Below the pieces are notes generated by a model, which had not been told where the DNA came from, searched no databases, and saw only the letters and a program-made list of their open reading frames with translations. A DNA stretch of 64,000 bases. Source: a virus. This document shows, piece by piece, positions 6,772 through 16,287 of this stretch. A program made the translations under genes and the position numbers. The stretch lies in IMG/VR virus record IMGVR_UViG_3300014638_000001. One strand, given 5' to 3'. How positions within the stretch are numbered: position 1 is the stretch's first letter; the number at the start of each line of letters is the position of its first letter.

Positions 6772-7272
6772 ATGGGAGAGAGATCAAATTTGGGATTCAC
6801 CGCTGAAGATCGTAGGGTCCTGAACCAACTACCGGTCATTCTGCAAAACATGAATGACAAGGTGGAAGGCATGTCTCAGCGCATTCTGCGCATTGAGGAC
6901 CAAAAGGCAACTCGCTCAGAAGTCACTGATTTGGAAAGGCAAATTATCAGTCGCCTAGATAATTTACGCGATTGGATCTCGAAGATTGAAAAGGAAAAAG
7001 CCGATCGGGCCGAACTCTCAACCAACGATGTCGGTGACCACGAAAAGCGGCTCCGGGCGGTTGAAGCTAAGGTGCAGACCCCACCACAGCCATGTCTCGA
7101 TCACGACGAACGGCTCCGCACCCTGGAGCTGGAAGTCACCGGATTGCCGGAGGCTATCGAAGATCTCGGCAAGTTAAAGGAGTGGCGGTTCTGGACGATC
7201 GGCTGGTGCGCTGGCGCCACTCTGGTGATCGTGGCATGCGCCTGGGTAGTCGATTTAGTGGTGAAGCACTGA
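6772..7272 (+). CDS. coiled-coil protein with C-terminal TM helix (XhlA/holin-like architecture)
   Basis: Heptad repeats, then FWTIGWCAGATLVIVACAWVVDLVV. Confidence 0.7.
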   Translation: MGERSNLGFTAEDRRVLNQLPVILQNMNDKVEGMSQRILRIEDQKATRSEVTDLERQIISRLDNLRDWISKIEKEKADRAELSTNDVGDHEKRLRAVEAKVQTPPQPCLDHDERLRTLELEVTGLPEAIEDLGKLKEWRFWTIGWCAGATLVIVACAWVVDLVVKH

Positions 7273-7709
7273 TGCCGGGGACAAAGCGCAAACGGGTGAG
7301 GAAGAGTCTCATCGAGAAACTCCCGGAGAGAATCCGAGAATCCGCGGTGATGCGTCGGCAGTCCATCCGCCCGAGCAGTATGACGAAGTACCAGCAGCAG
7401 ATGCTGTTGCTGTTCATGCCGGAAATCTCCCGGTGGTTTTTCGCTCGGCTCATGGACGGTGTCAAACGCGGGAACAAGACAGATCAGGCATTGTGGGCTG
7501 AAATGGCTGGGCATATCCAGCGCAAGAACGGCATCAACATCAACCAGCAGATCCTGAGCCAGCAGAACGTGAACGCGACGGCGCCGCGGTATTCGATGGA
7601 CCAGATTGTTCGAGAGCTCCAGGAACAAACCGAAATGAAGACGATCGACACGACGCTCGCAATCGAGCCAGGAGGCAGCGATGTTAACAACGTCGCGGTG
7701 GAAGCGTGA
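7272..7709 (+). CDS. putative terminase small subunit (positional), 145 aa
   Basis: ATG coupled to upstream TGA; basic N-terminus; overlaps the TerL start. Confidence 0.45.
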   Translation: MPGTKRKRVRKSLIEKLPERIRESAVMRRQSIRPSSMTKYQQQMLLLFMPEISRWFFARLMDGVKRGNKTDQALWAEMAGHIQRKNGININQQILSQQNVNATAPRYSMDQIVRELQEQTEMKTIDTTLAIEPGGSDVNNVAVEA

Positions 7710-10700
7710 CGTCGGCGTCGATGAACTCGTCGAGCATTTCGATCAGGAGAAGTACCTCGCCGACTGCAGTGTTCTAACGGTCGTGGAGATCCGTCAGCTC
7801 GCTGCCGAGATCAAGCGGTGTCAGGAAAGCTTCGAATACGCCGCGAGAAATTATTTTAAGATCATCAACAAGCAGCGGGAAGATCAGTATCTGACCTTGA
7901 ACGAGGGCCAGGACGTACTGCTGGAGAAAATCTACCGGCTGCGGGATCGCGGTAAACCACAGAAACTACAGATCATCAAAGCACGCCAGCTCGGAGCCAT
8001 GCATCCCACGACCAACGTGTTGACGGCAGAGCTCAATTGGGTACGAATCGATTCTCTCCGGCCAGGCCAGAAAATCATTGGCGTCGACGAGTTCCCGGCT
8101 GGCGGCCGTGGTGTTGGTAGAAAATTCCGTACTGCTGTTGTTCTCAAAAAGTGGACTGTCCAGAAGGAGGCATTTCGGATCACGATGGGAAACGGTGCCA
8201 TCTTGACGGCCACGGGAGATCACCCCTTCTTATGCAAGAAACGCGGCAATGTCCAGACCGAATGGCGATTGACCGCCGAGCATCCAAAAGGCAAGAAATC
8301 CTCATCGCCAATTCGGGTTGGTGATGAGATTAGGTGCGTAATTCCGCCATGGTATCGCGAGCAGGCTTTTGAGTTTGATGACGGATGGTTTGCTGGATTG
8401 ATGGACGGCGAAGGATCCTTGCGGGCGAAGAAAAACGGCGGCATTGAGGCGACGGTATCCCAGGTAGCTGGGCCGGTTCTTAACCGCGCGGCTCGCTACC
8501 TAGACTCGCACGGGTACCCATTCGCTGTTGATGTCGACAAACGAAAGAAGGCGGATAGTACGAAACTTGGCGATCAGCCGGTATACAAGCTTGTGCTGAA
8601 CAGTATCCCGCAGGTATTAAGACTTCTTGGGAACACCAGGCCAACGCGATTTGAGGGAAGGGATATATGGGAGGGAAAAGACTTACCTAACAACGGCGTA
8701 GGCCAATCATGGCAAAAAGTAGTCTCCATTGAATCGATTGGCGAGCAGGAGATGGTGGACATTGAAACCAGCACGGGAACGTTCATCGCGGAAGGCTTTA
8801 TCACCCACAACTGTTCGACATTGATCGAGGCGCTGATCGCCTGGCGCACGATGTTTTTCCCGAATGTAGCCGCGATGGTGGTCTCGCACGTCGGCACGCA
8901 CGCCAGCTTCCTGTTCCAGAAGATGGTCCACATCTACGACCAATTGCCATGGTGGATGAAGCCGATGCTCGCCTCGCGTAAGGAAGAGGAGGGGCTTGTT
9001 TTTAAGAATCCTGAGCCGGAATTACGTCGCGTGGATCCAGGGTTAAATTCCAGTGTGATTGTCCAGGCAGCCACACAGGTCTCGGGCGTTGGTGAGGGCT
9101 ACACCATCAATGCGATGCACTTCTCCGAGTACTGCAGCGTCGACGATTCCAAGGCGCGCGAAATCATTGAGGGTGACATGGTGCACGCGCTGGCGCCCAA
9201 TGTGGGTACTTTCGCGATCTTGGAATCCACAGCGAAGGGTGCTGGCCGGTTTTCTGAGGATTTATGGGTTGCGAATGTGGATCTAGCTGAAAAGGCTGAC
9301 TGGTATACAGTCTTCTTGCCATGGTTTTTTGAAAAACAGCGCGTAGTGGCTCCGGAAGATGGCTGGCGCCCAAGCGAGCCCGAACTCGCGATGCGTTTGC
9401 GTGTCGAGAAAGAGTGGGTGCAGTGCACTCATTGTGGCGAGTTCCGCGAACGTTACTTCAAAACGTTTGACATCAAAGGCAGTGAATGCACGGACTGCCA
9501 CAAGGGTACTCGAGAACCGTATCTCCTCAGCGATCCGCAGCTCGCCTGGATGCAGGAGCGCGTGCTCAATGCGCGCCGGCGCGGTCCGGAATCACTGAAA
9601 GAATTGCGCCAGGAATTGTGCACGACGGCCGAAGAGGCGTTTCAAATTTCTGGCATCGCTGTCTTCCCCGAGGATACGCAGGAGTTTGTGAACGAGACGA
9701 TTTGCCCGGCGGTTTGGACCGGAAACCTCGATCGCAAAGGCAAGTTTCACTGCTCGATTCGGGAAGTCGATGAGAACGGCAAAGAACACTTCAAGTGTTT
9801 CCAGGAATGGTGCACGGTGGATCATCGCTGGGATCTGGAAAGTCCCCTACAGATCTGGGAACTTCCGGAACCAGGCGCGCGGTACTGCATTGGTGTGGAT
9901 ATCGCCGAAGGGTTGGCAACCGAGAAATCGGACTACTCAGTATGCTGGGTAAATAAGATCGGTGATGCGCCGTCGCCAGACACACACGTTGCGACTTATC
10001 GATCGAATTCAATCAATCCGTCTGACCTAGCCGCCGTCTGCAACTTCCTTGGCCGTTGGTACAACGAAGCACAACTCTCGATTGAGTACAACGTCTATCA
10101 GACGACCGGCGACAACGTCAAGAATTTCTATCAGTACCCAAATCTATTCCGGTGGAAGCACTACGACTCCGTGACCGGGATGAACTCGAACAAGCTGCAC
10201 TGGCTCACACAACAGAATTCGAAACCGCAGCTATGGCAGACCGGCGTTCGCGCGCTTCGCGAGCGTTCGTGGTTCATCCACGACAAGATGTTCGCGCACG
10301 AGATGAAACGATTCCAGAAAGAGGAATACGACTCAAAGAAAGCGGAAGCCGAGACGAACTTTCATGACGATGTCATCATGGCTGCGCTGATCGCGCGCTA
10401 CACCAGTCACGATCTTGATTCCTACGACGAGAACGCCTATGCGGCCGCGGATGCTGGGCCGGCATTTGTCCAGATGCTCGAGTGGACGATGGATTGCCTG
10501 ACCTGCAAATTCACATGGCAAGCTAACAATCCAGAAGAGTACAGGCGTTGCCCATCACCGAAATGCAATTCGCCGATGTTGCATGGCAAGCCGAACACCA
10601 AAGAGGGACCCACTAAGCTGGGGGGAAAGTACGTTTTCCAGCAGATCGAAGAAGAAGTCAATGAGCTCGATACCCTGCCGGAAGACGGCACGTTAGAAAG

Positions 10701-10722
10701 GAATTTGGCACCAATCCTATGA
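7681..10722 (+). CDS. terL: terminase large subunit with intein
   Basis: IIKARQLG|CST Walker A; MHFSEY Walker B; ESTAKG; YCIGVDIAEG nuclease; HDDVIMA. Confidence 0.93.
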   Translation: MLTTSRWKRDVGVDELVEHFDQEKYLADCSVLTVVEIRQLAAEIKRCQESFEYAARNYFKIINKQREDQYLTLNEGQDVLLEKIYRLRDRGKPQKLQIIKARQLGAMHPTTNVLTAELNWVRIDSLRPGQKIIGVDEFPAGGRGVGRKFRTAVVLKKWTVQKEAFRITMGNGAILTATGDHPFLCKKRGNVQTEWRLTAEHPKGKKSSSPIRVGDEIRCVIPPWYREQAFEFDDGWFAGLMDGEGSLRAKKNGGIEATVSQVAGPVLNRAARYLDSHGYPFAVDVDKRKKADSTKLGDQPVYKLVLNSIPQVLRLLGNTRPTRFEGRDIWEGKDLPNNGVGQSWQKVVSIESIGEQEMVDIETSTGTFIAEGFITHNCSTLIEALIAWRTMFFPNVAAMVVSHVGTHASFLFQKMVHIYDQLPWWMKPMLASRKEEEGLVFKNPEPELRRVDPGLNSSVIVQAATQVSGVGEGYTINAMHFSEYCSVDDSKAREIIEGDMVHALAPNVGTFAILESTAKGAGRFSEDLWVANVDLAEKADWYTVFLPWFFEKQRVVAPEDGWRPSEPELAMRLRVEKEWVQCTHCGEFRERYFKTFDIKGSECTDCHKGTREPYLLSDPQLAWMQERVLNARRRGPESLKELRQELCTTAEEAFQISGIAVFPEDTQEFVNETICPAVWTGNLDRKGKFHCSIREVDENGKEHFKCFQEWCTVDHRWDLESPLQIWELPEPGARYCIGVDIAEGLATEKSDYSVCWVNKIGDAPSPDTHVATYRSNSINPSDLAAVCNFLGRWYNEAQLSIEYNVYQTTGDNVKNFYQYPNLFRWKHYDSVTGMNSNKLHWLTQQNSKPQLWQTGVRALRERSWFIHDKMFAHEMKRFQKEEYDSKKAEAETNFHDDVIMAALIARYTSHDLDSYDENAYAAADAGPAFVQMLEWTMDCLTCKFTWQANNPEEYRRCPSPKCNSPMLHGKPNTKEGPTKLGGKYVFQQIEEEVNELDTLPEDGTLERNLAPIL
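7996..8811 (+). mobile_element. intein, 272 aa, Ala1 (class 2-like), LAGLIDADG endonuclease motif
   Basis: G|AMHPTT...TATGDHPF (block B)...WFAGLMDGEG...MVDIET (block F Asp)...ITHN|C. Confidence 0.9.
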
Positions 10723-11042
10723 CCACAGAAGAAGTAGTTTACGACGAAGTCGGCCGTGTGAAAGGCGAATGGTATTTTGATCCAATCGACCTGCCGGCGC
10801 TCAATGAACGCGCCGCAATATGTGGGCGCGATCGCCAGCACCTCATCCAGGACTTCTGTAGCGAAGTCTGGGAGAAAGGGTGGATCTGGGAATTCACGCC
10901 AAAGGACGAAGTCAGCATCCGGTTGACTCTCGAGCAACGTCGAAAGTTGGAAGAGATCCTGGACGTCAAGGCGTTGACCGGCGACGATCTGTACAACTTC
11001 ATCACGGGTCTCGCCGAATCGCCAATTAAGTTTGGGAGTTAA
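10719..11042 (+). CDS. hypothetical protein, 107 aa
   Basis: ATGA overlap with terL. Confidence 0.75.
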   Translation: MTTEEVVYDEVGRVKGEWYFDPIDLPALNERAAICGRDRQHLIQDFCSEVWEKGWIWEFTPKDEVSIRLTLEQRRKLEEILDVKALTGDDLYNFITGLAESPIKFGS

Positions 11043-11044
11043 CC

Positions 11045-11446
11045 GTGCCGGTTTACGAGAGCTACTGCCGGTCGTGCCATTCGATCAAGGAGTGGTACGC
11101 GAAGCACTTCACGGACGTGGCAGAGAACCCGTTCTGTGACTGTGGCGAGCCGATGGTGCGCGTGGCATCGCGGTTTGGCGTGGTCTTCAGCGGCACGATC
11201 ACGACCAAGTACAACGACAACCGTGGCGTCGACAGCGCACATCAGGAAGGGCATTGGGCCTATCGCGTGAAGAGTTCGAAGAGCGGTCATCCGGAGCCGG
11301 TGTTCATCGAGACGTTTCAGCAACAGCGGGAGTTCTGCAAGGAAGAGGGGCTGGTCAATCCGAAAGATCTGCCGAACATGGAGGCTGATTCGGAAGGTAA
11401 ATTTCGATCGAACGCCGGCATGGGGATGCCAGGGGTCTGGGTATGA
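11045..11446 (+). CDS. FmdB-like zinc-ribbon protein
   Basis: MPVYESYCRSC...CDCGEPMVRVAS. Confidence 0.8.
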   Translation: MPVYESYCRSCHSIKEWYAKHFTDVAENPFCDCGEPMVRVASRFGVVFSGTITTKYNDNRGVDSAHQEGHWAYRVKSSKSGHPEPVFIETFQQQREFCKEEGLVNPKDLPNMEADSEGKFRSNAGMGMPGVWV

Positions 11447-11488
11447 AATATGTGATCAAAACACGTCAAGTGACTGTAAGATAAACAC

Positions 11489-12196
11489 ATGGATATGTTC
11501 GCCACAATAACCCCAGAGCGCGTAATCTCACCGTTTGCCGATGATTGTATTCGCAAGCGGGAACGGGTGCGCTACGACTCGCTGACCGAGAAACGCACGT
11601 GCGAGATGTGCAAGTCGGACTTCGATTGTCGCATCTGGCGCAAAGGCAATCGCGGCCGGTACTGCTCTAAGAGCTGTGCTACAAGGGCGCACTGGGCCAA
11701 GGGAAAGACGATGCCGAAAAAGAACGACATTCAAAACTACCGGCAACTCGTCATCCACGGACATCCGCTGGCGTCGGCTAATGGACAAGTCAAGGAGCAC
11801 CGCGCGGTTCTATACGCCAAGATCGGTCCCGGCAAACATCCATGTCACTGGTGCGGGAAGGAAGTCGAGTGGTTGCCCGGTGAAGGCATGAAGGGCAATG
11901 TGCTGATTGCTGATCATGTCGATGAGAACTTTCTGAACAACGACCCGGACAACCTCGTACCTTCGTGCTCTGTCTGTAATTCCCGGCGCGTGGTCGGATC
12001 GCACAAGGGAAGAGTGCTGGATTCGGAGGTGTTCATCGAGCGTTTAGATGGCTGTCGCATACGGTGTGTTACGCGAAAATGCCAACGGTGCGGAGTCGAA
12101 TTCAAAGCAAGATTAGTAAACGTGGCACGCGGCCGTGGTAAGTATTGTTCGATTCACTGCCGAGCCAAAATGGCCGGTCGTAAGAAGACAAAATAA
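11489..12196 (+). CDS. HNH endonuclease with flanking zinc fingers
   Basis: CEMC..YCSKSC; HGHPLA..VKEHRAVL..CHWC..ADHVDENFLNNDPDNLVPSCSVCN; CQRC..YCSIHC. Confidence 0.85.
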   Translation: MDMFATITPERVISPFADDCIRKRERVRYDSLTEKRTCEMCKSDFDCRIWRKGNRGRYCSKSCATRAHWAKGKTMPKKNDIQNYRQLVIHGHPLASANGQVKEHRAVLYAKIGPGKHPCHWCGKEVEWLPGEGMKGNVLIADHVDENFLNNDPDNLVPSCSVCNSRRVVGSHKGRVLDSEVFIERLDGCRIRCVTRKCQRCGVEFKARLVNVARGRGKYCSIHCRAKMAGRKKTK

Positions 12197-14058
12197 TGGC
12201 AATTTTCCAAATTCCAAGAGGACCACTTTATGTAGGTAAAGCTGAACAAGCCGACCTTTCTGATGACTACACGCGCAGTATGTTGATGTGGAGGGACGCG
12301 GCGCGAGAAGAGGCTGTGGATACTCTGAATATGAACCCGGAATTTCAAGAGATCCAGATGTATGTGGATTTCCTCGAGGGTAGGCAATGGAATGCGAACC
12401 GGCCGAAGTATCGCTCACGCTTCTTTGACAACCGGATCTTCGATATGCGGCTGTCGACAATCAGCTTGCTCACCGACATCCGCCCGACGATCGACGTGTC
12501 TGCGAGCGTGCAAGCCTACAAACAACAGGCTGAGATTGCCGAAAAGATTATCCATGCCGAGTGGACTCGCCAGCAACTCGACATTCGCCTGGCTGACGTT
12601 GTGGACCACGCCATGTTCGGAACCGGCTACTGGAAGCTTGGCGCCGTGATGCCCGGTCGCCTCACCGTGGTGGCATGCGGCATGGATAGCGTGCTGCCGA
12701 TCCAGCCTGGCCCGACGCTTCAGGAATCCAGCGCGATCATGTATCGGACGTATAAGCCGATTCAGTGGTTCAGGAACATCTGGGGTGCGAAGGCCGATGG
12801 GCTAGAGAAGGAATCGACTTCGGCGAGCTGGACCAATTCGTCTAACGATTACGTGCGCCCTGGTCACATCCCGGAGTACACCTGGAATGCGCTGTCGCCG
12901 GCGATGCGTTACCACCTCGGGATCCGGTCGCTGCGCCGCACGCCGCATGGCAGCCAAGATCAATTCCCGGTCATTGAGCTCGAGGAATACTGGGTTGACG
13001 ATCCTGAGCTCAACGATTCCATGGAAGAAGTTTTGGTGCAGGACCCGGATATCCCATTGAGCCAGCACAATTATTGGTACCGGGTGATGCCGAATGAACG
13101 CCTCTGGCCGCGGAAACGTCACATCGTGTTTGCCGGCGATCGCATTATGCACGATGGCCCATCGCCGTACTGGCATGGTCTGTACCCGTTCGCGAACCTG
13201 ATGCTGATGCCGGTGGTCTGGGCGCCCAGCGGTCTGTCGAAATACCGCAACCAGATGCCGCTCAACCAAGCCATCAACCACATCGGTGCCGGCATCAACG
13301 ACGTAGTCGAGCGCGTCATCCGGCCGCAGATGATTTCCAAAGACGGCGCGATCCGCGACGCCACCTGGAACAAATTCTTCCCGGACATGCCGGGCGGCAA
13401 ATTGAAGTTGAACGCGAACGCACAGGTTGCACAAGACGTCAGGTATTTGGATCCGCCGGTCATCCCGCCATACACGCAACAGCACCTGAGCGGCTACCTG
13501 ATCCCAACGTTTAACCAGCGCGCCGGAACGATGGACATGAGCGCGCTGACGAAAAAGAAGCAGGTGCCAGGTGCCGATTCCATCGAACAAATGCGGGATT
13601 CAATGACCGCACCATTCCGCATGGAGTCACGCTACGTTGAATCGTTCTTGATCCAGGCCGGGATTCAGGCGATCTCGAACATTTTCCAGTACTACACCTG
13701 GGAGCAGCGCATGCGCATGTTGGGTGCCGACGGTCAAACCTGGGAAGACTTCGACTACGACCCGCGCAGTATGGTGCCGGCGAGCCAGCCGAAGGAAGAC
13801 CACTGGAAGCTGTTCTCAATCCTCATCAAGCAGGGATCACTTCACGGCGCTTCCAAGGATCGGGAGAAGATGATGGCGATCCAGTTGGCCAAAATGAACA
13901 AGATCTCCCTGCGCGAGCTCTACCGCCGGCTGGAAGTTGCCAACGGCGATCAAATCATCAAGGAAATGGCCGAAGAAGCGAAAGCACTCGGACCTCCACC
14001 GCAGAATGGTCGCACACCACGCGGCGGTCGCGGCGAACGCACCGGCAAAGAAGGCTAG
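12196..14058 (+). CDS. portal protein (P22-like), 620 aa
   Basis: Size, position after terL, FDNRI..DxxDHAMFGTGYWK and SKYRNQMPLNQAIN motifs. Confidence 0.85.
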   Translation: MAIFQIPRGPLYVGKAEQADLSDDYTRSMLMWRDAAREEAVDTLNMNPEFQEIQMYVDFLEGRQWNANRPKYRSRFFDNRIFDMRLSTISLLTDIRPTIDVSASVQAYKQQAEIAEKIIHAEWTRQQLDIRLADVVDHAMFGTGYWKLGAVMPGRLTVVACGMDSVLPIQPGPTLQESSAIMYRTYKPIQWFRNIWGAKADGLEKESTSASWTNSSNDYVRPGHIPEYTWNALSPAMRYHLGIRSLRRTPHGSQDQFPVIELEEYWVDDPELNDSMEEVLVQDPDIPLSQHNYWYRVMPNERLWPRKRHIVFAGDRIMHDGPSPYWHGLYPFANLMLMPVVWAPSGLSKYRNQMPLNQAINHIGAGINDVVERVIRPQMISKDGAIRDATWNKFFPDMPGGKLKLNANAQVAQDVRYLDPPVIPPYTQQHLSGYLIPTFNQRAGTMDMSALTKKKQVPGADSIEQMRDSMTAPFRMESRYVESFLIQAGIQAISNIFQYYTWEQRMRMLGADGQTWEDFDYDPRSMVPASQPKEDHWKLFSILIKQGSLHGASKDREKMMAIQLAKMNKISLRELYRRLEVANGDQIIKEMAEEAKALGPPPQNGRTPRGGRGERTGKEG

Positions 14059-14237
14059 GCGTCAACTTTATTGTAAGGCTTGTCTAAATCCCTGTTGTAG
14101 GTCCAGCCGGTTTCCCGCGAGTATCCGTGCCCCATTAATGGATGGTACAGAGTGCAGTTCTCCTCTGAATGCAAGCGCCCAGCCTGACAATCGGGGCAGG
14201 TTGGATTCGGTGTCCGCTGTTCATTCCCGTAGATCAT
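14055..14237 (-). CDS. small hypothetical protein (CPDC motif), 60 aa, probably leaderless
   Basis: MIYGNEQRTPNPTCPDCQAG...; TATACT 6 nt upstream of the ATG on the minus strand. Confidence 0.5.
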   Translation of the reverse strand: MIYGNEQRTPNPTCPDCQAGRLHSEENCTLYHPLMGHGYSRETGWTYNRDLDKPYNKVDA

Positions 14238-14329
14238 CACGCTAGTATAACGCAAGTAAAACGATAAAGGTTGACGTGAAACTTTAACTTTTATTGTCAA
14301 CCTTTTGAAAACAGGCAATTTAGCTTGAC

Positions 14330-14353
14330 TTGACAAATTGTTTGCCGTACCTT
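14330..14353 (+). promoter_or_regulatory. TTGACA-12-TACCTT promoter-like site (short-spacer class)
   Basis: Upstream of the head operon; same 12-nt spacing as 21186, 34945, 39134 and 50964. Confidence 0.45.
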
Positions 14354-14434
14354 GATTGCGAGGGCGCGCATAAGCGTTCCCTGAGTACCTACCGGGTTTC
14401 AAGCCCGTGCAGGGGAAAGGAGACACCGATCATT

Positions 14435-14491
14435 ATGTTCACCAACGAGCAGAAGAACCGGCGTAAGAAGGGTCGTAAGAAGCACCGCTAA
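14435..14491 (+). CDS. basic microprotein MFTNEQKNRRKKGRKKHR (18 aa)
   Basis: AGGAGA SD upstream; below the ORF-track cutoff. Confidence 0.5.
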   Translation: MFTNEQKNRRKKGRKKHR

Positions 14492-14579
14492 CGACCCGCC
14501 CCGAGGAGGGGTTAAGCGGTAAAGGCTCGGAGCGGCGGCCGCGCTGGGTAGCCGCTCAAAAGTTTTGTGTGAGGTGAGC

Positions 14580-14657
14580 GTGAAAAAGGGTGGAACCAAA
14601 GTTCGGATGCCGTGGATGGGCATCGGGCGGCCGAAAGGCGGGAAGAAACGGAAATGA
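14580..14657 (+). CDS. basic microprotein MKKGGTKVRMPWMGIGRPKGGKKRK (25 aa)
   Basis: GAGGTG SD, GTG start, ATGA coupling to next gene. Confidence 0.6.
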   Translation: MKKGGTKVRMPWMGIGRPKGGKKRK

Positions 14658-14968
14658 GCGTACGCAGCGGTCAGTTTCAAATGGTCGGCGACCAGAAGGC
14701 GATCGGCAAGCGTCCCATCGCTTCGCCGTCCTCGGATCCACGTAGTGGCCAATTCCAAATCCCCGGCGATCAAGCGAAGTTGTCACGTAAATCCCACCAA
14801 TCGCCTTCTTCTAATCCTCGTAGTGCTCAATTCCAACTCGTCGGGGACCAAACTCCATTGCCTCGCGGCTTCGTGAAAGGCTGGGGCAACGCGGCAAAAC
14901 TACCGCTTTCGGATCGTGCCAAGAAGCAGTCATCGACTGCGGCTGGCGGCGGTAAGAGGGGTCGGTAA
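14654..14968 (+). CDS. basic protein with three RS(G/A)QFQxxGDQ repeats, 104 aa
   Basis: ATG at 14654 coupled to upstream TGA. Confidence 0.7.
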   Translation: MSVRSGQFQMVGDQKAIGKRPIASPSSDPRSGQFQIPGDQAKLSRKSHQSPSSNPRSAQFQLVGDQTPLPRGFVKGWGNAAKLPLSDRAKKQSSTAAGGGKRGR

Positions 14969-14971
14969 TCG

Positions 14972-15361
14972 ATGGCGTCGTTTGCGCCTCCGGCTCCGAT
15001 GCAACCGCCTGAAATCAGGGCGCAGCAGCAAGCACCGCGACCAAACCCGGTGTTCATGCAGGGCCAGGCGTTGCAGCAGCCAGGCGGCAATCTGATTGGC
15101 CAGCTTACCCAACAGATTCAGCAACTTGAGAAGTTGATCGGCGACATGAATATGACGATCGAGCAGGTGCATAAACCGCTCGCAGCTCTATTGGTCCCGA
15201 TCGCGAAGTCAGGGCAAGCCCTGAAGCAGGAAGTGCAAAAAATCCAAGCGCGCGAACAACAGCAGCAAGGTGGTCCGCAGCAGAGTGCGCAGCCGGGCGG
15301 GCCAGCCGGCGCGAATGTGCCAAATCCGGCGGAGGGGTCGGCGCCACCGATGGCGGCGTAA
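14972..15361 (+). CDS. Gln/Pro-rich head-associated protein, 129 aa
   Basis: ORF between portal and scaffold; GAGGGG SD. Confidence 0.75.
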   Translation: MASFAPPAPMQPPEIRAQQQAPRPNPVFMQGQALQQPGGNLIGQLTQQIQQLEKLIGDMNMTIEQVHKPLAALLVPIAKSGQALKQEVQKIQAREQQQQGGPQQSAQPGGPAGANVPNPAEGSAPPMAA

Positions 15362-15362
15362 C

Positions 15363-15380
15363 CACTCCTATATAGGAGTA
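15363..15380. repeat. 18-bp palindrome, copy 3 (17/18); its AGGAG is the SD of the scaffold gene
   Basis: CACTCCTATATAGGAGTa. Confidence 0.92.
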
Positions 15381-15381
15381 A

Positions 15382-16281
15382 GTGATGGGAGCATTTGACG
15401 AAATCTTGAAGGTGGCCGATGAGGCCGATCGGACGGTGCTGAACAAGTACCCCGACCTGAAGAAGTTTGTCGATGAGCGCGATGTGCTCGCGACCGAAGT
15501 CAATACGCTCCGGCCGAAGTTCAAAGAAGCCGATGAGGCTGCGAAGAAGTGGGAAGCCTGGCGGTTTCAGAACTGGGATCAGGACGCCGGCACCACCAAG
15601 ACCGAAAAGGCTATGGCAGAGATGTACCGGGCAGAGGCAGCGCGCGCCGCGGCATTGGAAGCCGCTTCAGGAGCAGATATGACGTTTGAAGAGATTCTGA
15701 CAAATTTGCAGCAGAAGGGGTTCGCGACTAAGGCCGAGATCGAGCAGGTGATCACCGAGAAGACCAAGACGTTCGCGACCAAGGAAGACACGACGAACGT
15801 CGGCAACAACCTGGACAAGGCCATGCAATTCGTCTACGCGAAGAGCTACAACCTGGGCCGCCGGCACGAGAAGGAATTCGGTGAAGAGCTCGACATGGCC
15901 GCCGTGCTGACCTATATGGGAAAGAACCAGATCGCCGATCCAGAGTTGGCCTACAGCCAGATGATCGCGCCGAAACGCGAAGAGCTCCGCAAAAAGCAGG
16001 CGGACGAGTTGGCCGCGAAACATACGAAAGAACTGGAAGACGCGAAGAAGGCCGGTATCGAGGAAGGCGCGAAGAAGACCGCAATGTCCCAGCGCGTTCC
16101 GACCGACCAGCAAGGTCCTGGCGGTCTGGGTCATCTGCAGCGCGCCCAGTTGGACCGCTCGCTTGTGAAGAAGGACACCAACGGGGCACCCGAAGTCCCA
16201 ACGGGCGTGAAGCTCGGTGACGGTGTTCTCACGCAGCTTGGGTGGGAAGAGTTATTGAAGAGCCGCGAGGCGGCAAGTTAA
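15382..16281 (+). CDS. putative capsid scaffolding protein
   Basis: Helical charged 299 aa just upstream of the MCP. Confidence 0.7.
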   Translation: MMGAFDEILKVADEADRTVLNKYPDLKKFVDERDVLATEVNTLRPKFKEADEAAKKWEAWRFQNWDQDAGTTKTEKAMAEMYRAEAARAAALEAASGADMTFEEILTNLQQKGFATKAEIEQVITEKTKTFATKEDTTNVGNNLDKAMQFVYAKSYNLGRRHEKEFGEELDMAAVLTYMGKNQIADPELAYSQMIAPKREELRKKQADELAAKHTKELEDAKKAGIEEGAKKTAMSQRVPTDQQGPGGLGHLQRAQLDRSLVKKDTNGAPEVPTGVKLGDGVLTQLGWEELLKSREAAS

Positions 16282-16287
16282 GTGGAT

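Noticed and set aside
7996-8811. Class 3 intein assignment
   Set aside because: Block B position 12 is Phe and block F position 4 is Asp, not the Trp/Cys of the WCT motif.
12802-13590. Long antisense ORFs over portal, MCP, GT, nozzle and fibre genes (e.g. 12802..13590, 16959..17477, 24677..25591, 39585..40250, 48002..48673, 60271..61083)
   Set aside because: Shadow frames of GC-rich, codon-biased real genes; no SDs or motifs.
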